Assembly (NCBI GenBank): GCA_951406725.2
Contig: OX597838.1
Location: 7,006,001 to 7,070,000 of the forward strand
Reading direction: 5' to 3'
Source: Octopus vulgaris
Taxonomy: Eukaryota
Length of the DNA stretch: 64,000 nt
Part shown: positions 55,488-64,000 of the stretch, piece by piece
How positions within the stretch are numbered: position 1 is the stretch's first letter
Layout of the letters: each line of letters begins with the position of its first letter
Translations under genes and position numbers: made by a program
Notes under the pieces: generated by a model
Databases searched by the model: none
What the model saw: the letters and a program-made list of their open reading frames with translations, nothing else
Told to the model about the DNA's origin: nothing

Positions 55488-55857
55488 TACTCTTTTACTC
55501 TTTTACTTGTTTCAGTCATTTGACTGCGGCCATGCTGAAGCACCGCCTTTTGTCGAGCAAATCGACCCACGTGGCTTATTCTTTGTAAGCCCAGTACTTA
55601 TTCTATCGGTCTCTTTTGCCGAACCGCTACGTAACGGGGACGTAAACACACCAGCATCGGTTGTCAAACAATGCTAGGGGGACAAACACAGATACACAAA
55701 CACACACACATACACATATAGACATATATATACATATATACGACAGACTTCTTTCAGTTTCCGTCTACCAAATCCACTCACAAGGCTTTGGTCGGCCCGG
55801 GGCTACAGCAGAAGATACTTGCCCAAGATGCCACGCAGTGGGACTGAATCCAGAACC
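55488..55857 (-). mobile_element. SINE family A lacking about 45 nt of the 5' end
   Basis: High-identity reverse complement of 62160-62525. Confidence 0.95.
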
Positions 55858-56239
55858 CAGTACTCTTTAACATTAGTTATAAATTTAAGCTTAATATTGT
55901 TTCATATTGCTGAATATGGCTGCTATGTGAGACAAGTATACAGCTTTGTTGTATTTAGCTACAGGTGCAGCTGTATGGTGCGAACACTGATTCTCAACTA
56001 CATGGTTACACTCTTAGTCGTACTTAGTGGCAGCTTGAGCAGATGTCGGCCACTAAATGCACAATACTTATATAAATTTAAAGCGAAGCAAAAAACATAT
56101 TGCTCAAGTTTAAAATTTTACATCCCCTGGGTTGTCCCATATCTTCCCTAGAAACCAGCTTCTTTCCTACGGAAAGATTTGAAATAATTAAAATATAGGA
56201 AAAAAGGGAAACAAACGTAAACACACATACATACATACA

Positions 56240-56510
56240 CACTCTTATAGTCTTTTACTTTTTTCAGTCATTTGACTGTGGCCATGCTGGAGCACCGCCT
56301 TTAGTCGAGCAAATCGCCCCTAGGATTTAATCTTTGTATGCCTAGTACATATTCTATTGGTCTCTTTTGCCGAGCCGCTAAGTTACGGCGACGCAAACAC
56401 ACCAGCATATATACAACGGGCTTCTTTCCGTTTCCGTCTATCAAATCCACATACAAGGCTTTGGTCGACTCGAGGCTATAGTAGATGACACTTCCCCAAG
56501 GAGCCACGCA
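56240..56510 (-). mobile_element. SINE family A, internally deleted and 5'-truncated
   Basis: cagtcatttgactgtggccatgctggagcaccgcctttagtcgagc...gaggctatagtagatgacactt. Confidence 0.9.
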
Positions 56511-56829
56511 TACATACAAACAAATATAAATAAATATATCCACACTTAAATATACACAAATTTACCAAGTGGTATCAAAGAGTTCGCAGAATGGTTATGT
56601 TTAATAAAAAATCACGTATTTTCCTAAGTTTTAACATCATCTCATAAGTCTCCTTACGCAGCGATACACCAGTTCCAGTGTCCCTGTTACTTTTGGAATC
56701 TGGCCTAGAAATAATTTCCTGTAAGCGAGTCGATGTCCTTCAGCTATTAAATCTTGCTTCTCGAAAACGGCGTTAAACGATGACATTTTAAGTGCATTTA
56801 CATCTTGGGGAAGAGATGGATGTCCGCAG

Positions 56830-56947
56830 GATAACGTGAAATGAAGTGTTTTGCTCAAGAACACAACGCGTATCCCGGTCCAGGAATCGAAACCACAATC
56901 TTACGAACATGATGCTGACACCTAAACCACTAAACCAACCGCCTCCA
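56830..56947 (-). mobile_element. SINE head of family D/C type
   Basis: Minus strand ggaggcggttggtttagtggtt...gtggtttcgattcctggaccggg...tgtgttcttgagcaaaacacttcatttcacgtt. Confidence 0.75.
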
Positions 56948-58494
56948 CACACTTACTAGAAAGAGAACCTTAATATCTATCTGAACCTACACTGAAATGT
57001 TTGAGAAAATCGGGGGAGAATTTTATTAAGGTAGCCATAGATATACAAAGTATAAATTAAAGTTGAAATTGTTGCAGCTGGAATGCTTTTGCATGTTTGC
57101 CGAGAATTGGTAAATCGATAAATACGTTATTCAACTCTTGAAGTGTATTCTTCTTTAAAGTCATGTAACTATTTTCTAGAAAAATAAAACAAAACTATAT
57201 CAGAAAACTTATACAAAATCTAAAGAGCAATAAACGAAAACGCTTCGACGTCTCTAGTTTAGAGAATGCATATTTAATCCTTCAAAAAATCCTCTTTGCT
57301 GCTTAAGTCTAATCCTAATTCAAATTACAATGTGTTTTCTCTTGCTTAGAACGAAATAACACAAAGAATATAATGTATATATTTATTTTATTTATGATTA
57401 TGTACGTATGGATGTGCACATGACATATGTATACATAAATACATTAATAAAGATGGTCGACATGCTACCAGCGACAATGGCAATTGCAAAAAATGTGGGG
57501 AAAAATAAATATAGACTGACAGACAAACAAACAAACACAGATTATGCAACACCTATAATCCATGTTTCTTTCGTCAAATGCCAACACATGGCCACGGAGG
57601 AATTTTAAAATATGACAATACCTTTGTTCTTACACGATTTTTCGCAAATAATTCAAAGAAGGATTTGGTCGTGTTATAATTCTGAGTGTATTTTAATTCC
57701 AGCAGGCATCATAATGGTTCAATAAATGATTAAATATTTATTGAATAAGAATGATGTGTTTACTTGGGATTATGAACGTACAGTTATACAATAAACTCAG
57801 TAAAATGCAATAGAATTGCTAAAACATTTGCCGGACAATATATTACTTCTAATAAAACGCAAATATTGAAAATTAGAAGAAAAGAAAAGACACAGTCAGA
57901 TAGCGGTCAGGTTAGTGTTTTTCATCTACTCAGTGAATTTTCAAACACGATACTAGATTCCAGAAATCGAATGATTTTGTTATAGATTTATGATCCAAGA
58001 TTTATGCAACGCCTGATTTAATAAAATCATCTTAATGTATTTTTGAAAGCATGATTAATTATTAATTAAGTTAATAGTAAGAATATGCAAGCCGTGTCGT
58101 CTCAGAACAGGCACATCAACAAACAATAATAATTAGGTTTTACCTGGAGAAGAAAAGTTTATAACTGGGCAGCTCCAGATCCGGTATCAAGAAGGTTGTT
58201 CCAAATAATTAATCTTGCTATTAGTATCTTTCTTTCTCAAGTGCATGGAATCGGAACGTGTTCAGTAAGAATTGTACGTTAAACTCGACCGTGAGGATTT
58301 TCGTTTTACACATCTGGATAGCGGGAACATGTCTCGCTTCAGTGATGTACCAATAAATGCTCGGGCCAAACGAAGTTGCCCTTCAGATTTACTTGCATCT
58401 CGCAGTCTGGGGATGTGATGCAAATGAGAAAAGGTGCCGCATAATCACATCCATCCCAGGAGCTCCTCATTTCCCATTATGAATTAGACCCTCC

Positions 58495-58832
<338 letters not shown>

Positions 58833-59454
58833 CTGTGACCATTAAGCGGTTGCCATAATAAATCTACGAGTTTCGGATGTCGGGGCAGAAAGCTGCTCCG
58901 GCATCTCGTCAGTTTTACTTTTACAACCGAATAATTGTCACATATTATATTTACCGATAACTTCCTCTATTTACATAATATGCAGGTCTCATTCATTCTT
59001 TTGTTGTCATACAATTACTATTACATTTTTCTGGTGTTGCTATCCGTTTTCTTGATTTCTCTCTTTTGCCACTTTATAATTTCCGCTCCATACCAAAGTG
59101 ATGCTATCGCCCACGTACTAACGCCTTGGATTTTATTCCATCCACTCAGTTTTGAGCGGAACACCAACCTCAGTCTTCAGAAATACTCCATTCTCAGTTG
59201 TTCTTTCATTTCGTTTTCCATTATCTCGTTGCACTCCAATACTCCAAGGTATTTGTATCATTCCGTTTCAATTGGCTTAATCAAGCCTCTATTCGGTAAT
59301 TCTATCCCTGCTAAGGACTATACCATGTCGCTTTTTAGGTTGGTTTTTCCGCTCTTCTGGAGTTCAAATTCCATTCTATAATAATAATAATAATAATAAT
59401 TATTATTATTATTATTATCATTATTATTAGTAGTAGTATTATGGTTGTTATTTG

Positions 59455-59652
59455 TTTCAAAATTTTGGTAGAAGTCCAGCAATTCACGGTGGTGGAGGTA
59501 ATTCGATTTGATCGACCTCAACTGTAAGCTATTATTTCGACTACGAAAAGATGAAAGGCAAATCAATCCCGGTGGAATTTGAACTCAGAACATACAGACG
59601 GTCTAAACACCGTTAAGCATTTTGACCGGCTTGATAACGGTTCTGCTGACTC
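59455..59652 (-). mobile_element. SINE family B, diverged
   Basis: gatgaaaggcaaa...ggtggaatttgaactcagaac...taagcattttg. Confidence 0.8.
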
Positions 59653-59679
59653 ACGTTTTTTTTTTGTCTTTTTTTGCTA

Positions 59680-60049
59680 TTGTTGTTGTTGTTGGCTGTT
59701 CTTCTTCTTCATCTTCTTCTTCTTCTTCTTCTTCTTCTTCTTCTTCTTCTTCTTCTTCTTCTTCTTCTCCTTCTCGTTCTCCTTCTTCTCCTTCTCCTTC
59801 TCCTTCTTCTTCTCCTTCTCCTTCTTCTTCTTCTTCTTCTTTTTCTTCTTCTCCTTCTTCCTCTTCTTCTTCCACCACTTCTTCTACTTCCTCTTCTTTT
59901 TTCTTTATTCTTCTTCTTCTATTTCTTCTTCTCATCCTACTTCTTCTTCCTCTACTTTCTCTTCTTCTTCCCCTCCTTTTCTCTTTTTCATCTTCTTCTT
60001 CTTCCTCTCCTCCTTCTTCTTCTTCTTCTTCTTCTTCTTATTATTCTTC

Positions 60050-60098
<49 letters not shown>

Positions 60099-60175
60099 AA
60101 TATTATTATTGTTATTATTATCATTATTATTATTACTATCAACATCATCATTCTCATGATCACTATCGTCATTAC

Positions 60176-60206
<31 letters not shown>

Positions 60207-60816
60207 TTATCACACATTTCACTTCCACCACACCGCATCCACTCCCACCCACACTCACCTTGCCGTGGTGAAACAAAGCAACGCTTGCTTTGTCCTGGCT
60301 CTAATTTATTCTATTATATATTTCGCAGTTTATTAATTTCATTAGCAATATTAGTTCTAGAATGATCTTAATTGTTCTGAAGGTTACAAAGAAACAATAA
60401 GAAATCACTGGCTTGAAATAATTATATTAGGGAATCATTTGCCTCGGCGCTGTTTTTCAGAAATCATCATCGTCGTCGTCATCATCATCATCATCATCAT
60501 TATCATCATCATCATCATCATCATCATCACCAACAGTATCGCCTCGGACATCATGGCCGTCGTCGTCACTACCATTCATCAACAACATTATCACCAGCTT
60601 ATGCCATCAGCATCATCGTCACCGTAAGCATTACCATCGCTATCATGATCACCATCGTCGTCGCTGTCGTCCTCCTTCTCCCCCTCCTCCTGCTCCTCAT
60701 CATCACCATCATCCTCATCATCATCAACAACAACGTTAAAATTATTATTATGACTTCCTTTATCATTATCATTATTATTATTGTTGTTGTTATCATTATT
60801 ATTATTGTTGTTGTTA

Positions 60817-60890
<74 letters not shown>

Positions 60891-61041
60891 TGTAGTAGTA
60901 GTAGTAGTAGTAGTAGTAGCAGTAGTTGTAGTTTTATTGTTGTTTTCTCATTCGTTATATTTATATTTTTGTCATAAACATCAGCAATATTATTACTATC
61001 ATCACGACTTCTAGTTGCAGCAGTAAGCAACAGCAACGGTT

Positions 61042-61096
<55 letters not shown>

Positions 61097-61231
61097 CAGT
61101 AGTAGTAGTAGTGGTAGTAGTAGTAGTAGTAGTAGTAGTGTTGTTGCTGTTCTTCCTCGTATTTTTCTTCTATTGTGTTCGAATACATAGTCGTCATGTC
61201 TCTCATCATCATCGTCGTTGTCATCACCATT

Positions 61232-61265
<34 letters not shown>

Positions 61266-61287
61266 CCATCATCACCATCATCATCGG

Positions 61288-61354
<67 letters not shown>

Positions 61355-61388
61355 GTCATCATCATCGGCGTCATCATCATCGTCATCA
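59680..61388. repeat. Trinucleotide arrays (CTT, ATT, ATC, AGT) at 59680-60140, 60465-60925 and 61040-61388
   Basis: Direct repeats separated by short unique spacers. Confidence 0.95.
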
Positions 61389-62116
61389 CGCTGCCAGCGT
61401 TAGATAGTATTATCATACGTCTTGAGAATTTGAAAATGAAAACAAAAACAAAAAAAAAGAGAAAGTTTTCTTTTGCAGAATTCTCGTTTATTCTCTGAAC
61501 AAGTTCAGACTAAAAGTATGGTTTTCCTTGGGATATTGGCTCTTCCAGTTCCAGGCAATCAAAACTTTCGGTATTGTGTCAACGCTTTATTTGATTTGAA
61601 GTTCTATGATAAAGAATAAAAGATTTCCTCAGACATGAAACTTAGCATCATTCCACATTAATTTATTTATATTTTTATTTCTATCATTTTTTATAAATAT
61701 TATTATTATTATTATTTCCTTAGAAATTTTTTTTTTTTTTTTTGCTTCCTAAGTTTCACTTTGTTCATAGGAAGAAATTCATGTCACCAGTTTGGAACGT
61801 TCTTCCTCGATACTATAGGGGTCTAGCGAGGAATTTTGAAGAAGTTACTCGTAACCGTTAGGGCACTAATAAAAAAAAAGTAAGGTTTACCCCCATTTTT
61901 CTTCCGTCAAAATGCCATTAGAAATCGCCCACACACTCACAAACAGAGACGCACAGACAGAAACATAAAACACACACGTACACACGCAAGTTTACACTCG
62001 CGAAGACATATTTTAATCGTCTGAATGTTGCAATAGGTTCAGTTCTGAAATGTCGTACATGGTATTACGTATGACATGGGTATACACGTCGGGTGTAATA
62101 TGTTACTACAGAAATA

Positions 62117-62525
62117 GGCGTAGGAGTGGCTGTGTGGTAAGTAGCTTGCTTAACAATCACATGGTTCTGGGTTCAGTCCCACTGCGTGGAACCTTGGGAA
62201 AGTGTCTTCTACTATAGCCTCGGGCCGACCAAAGCCTTGTGAGTGGATTTGGTAGACGGAAACTGAAAGAAGCTCGCCGTATATATGTATATACATATGT
62301 ATGTGTGTGTGTCTTTGTGTGTCTGTGTTTGTACCCCTAGCATTGCTTGACAGCCGATGCTGGTGTGTTTATGTCCCCGTTACTTAGCGGTTCGGCAAAA
62401 CAGACCGATAGAATAAGTAATGGGCTTACAAAGAATAAGTGCCGGGGTCGAGTTGCTTGATTAAAGGCGGTGCTCCAGCATGGCCGCAGTCAAATGACTG
62501 AAACAAGTAAAAGAGTAAAGAGAGT
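62117..62525 (+). mobile_element. SINE family A, full-length reference copy
   Basis: tRNA-like head (A box tggctgtgtgg, B box ggttcagtccc), internal TA/TG tract, (aaagagta)n-type tail; possible AAATA TSD at 62112-62116 and 62526-62530. Confidence 0.95.
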
Positions 62526-62864
62526 AAATAAATCGTTGGTTGTGCTTATCTAAAAATCACATCTCGCAGAATCACTTATGTTTACACACAACGCACTCCG
62601 AGAAACTGTGGTTCTACGAACGTGTTGCTGGAATATCGCAGTGAATAATTGTAAGAGGGAATCTATTCTTCAACCCGACCAAACGGGCAGCAGGCGTTGA
62701 GGTGAACCAAAAACAGAGTGTTTGGATGGTAATATTCTCAGTCTCAGTTGCTGGCGCTTGGGAGTCCGTCGGGAAAATCTAGCGATAATCGTTTCTGATA
62801 GGGGTAGTCTGGAAGAGGTGTCCGAAGTCTTTACAACCCTCGCAGGAATAATGGGAGAAGAAAA

Positions 62865-62911
<47 letters not shown>

Positions 62912-63050
62912 GTAGATGGATGGTTGGATGGCTGGAGTGATGGATCGATGGATCGATGGATCGATGGTGGGTGGATGGTTTGGATAGATAGATGGATGCA
63001 TGTATTACATGGACAGATGGATATATTTATGGGTGATTGGATGGATAGAT
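62865..63050. repeat. (TGGC)n then degenerate (TGGA)n tetranucleotide repeat
   Basis: Direct repeats. Confidence 0.9.
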
Positions 63051-64000
63051 GGAACAAACATTTTGAAGTTAACAAATCTTGGAAAACATTTTCAAGGTCA
63101 ACAAACATTTGCAAGGCTGACACATTTTCAACGATAACATAAGCTTTGTGAGAGTGTCTTATCGATAGTTATCGATTCTCGTATTGTCTGAATTTCTGAG
63201 ATAGTTATTTATCACTGTTCAACATCGATATTTTTCAAGTTAGTATAGTAAATCTAACAATCAAGACGAAGATATTTATTCGAATATGTATCAGTATAAT
63301 CATTATATTGATATTTCAATGTTGAACATAAAGAGAGGAAAAGTGAATGTTGACTTTATCAAAGGCACAAAGTTTTAACTTTTTTAGGGAGAGGGTTCAG
63401 GCGTTTACCGCAAATGTAGTACGGAGATATTAATATACTTATCAACGGAATGATGAAAGGTAAATATGACCCGAGGGTATTTGAACATCAGGAATAAAAT
63501 GTATGCAGCTAACTATCACAAGACCTTTTATCTGTCCTTCTACTAATTCTGCGAACTACCGTTTGAATAATTATAAAATCAATTTCGTTAATGTTGGCAC
63601 TAATTCGCATTAATCGGAAGATGTGGTAACGCGAGAAAAAACGAACGCAGTACTTAATAAGTTCGGAAAAAAAAATTGTGTCGATCTGGAGAGGATTTTT
63701 TAAAATAGATGTAAGCAAAAAAACAGGTAAAATGTACCGCAATACATTTAATGTATAGATACTTATTGCAAGATCAAATAATCAATAAGGTATTAAACAA
63801 AAGTGTATTTATAGACGCATTTCAATTTTGACTGCATTTTACGAATATTATTAGAGTGAGGTTGAATAATGATTTATACAAAAGAGGTAATAACGCTACC
63901 TTATTGAATGTGTTCGTAATAGCACAACGAATATGGCTTTTGAATAGATACTTCAGATTGTTCTCATCGAGCCTAGAATCGATGACAAAACACTGACATC

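Noticed and set aside
60250-60292. Consensus minus-strand donor AAG|GTGAGT beside a small palindrome
   Set aside because: No convincing upstream acceptor or recognisable reading frame.

Overview
AT-rich, non-coding eukaryotic DNA, intronic or intergenic. The extreme microsatellite load and the SINE families suggest an octopod cephalopod (inference from recognition, no database search). I find no host protein-coding gene, rRNA, true tRNA or CRISPR array; almost every ORF in the supplied track is a translated microsatellite or SINE. The window contains: (i) about 25 copies or fragments of four tRNA-derived SINE families, labelled A-D here, including multimers and head/tail chimeras; (ii) decayed transposon coding remnants (R4/Dong-like and HERO-like RLE non-LTR ends, a Tc1/mariner transposase) and TIR elements; (iii) a recent ~1.4 kb tandem duplication; (iv) several short elements abutting (TA)n tracts that carry minimal type I hammerhead-ribozyme motifs and/or fold-back inverted repeats, resembling Penelope-like pseudo-LTRs or retrozymes. 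One family in (iv) has a recurrent non-canonical core, CUGUNGA instead of CUGANGA, and is the best candidate for an undescribed system. All alignments and folds were done by eye; boundaries of diverged repeats are approximate (about 10-20 bp).
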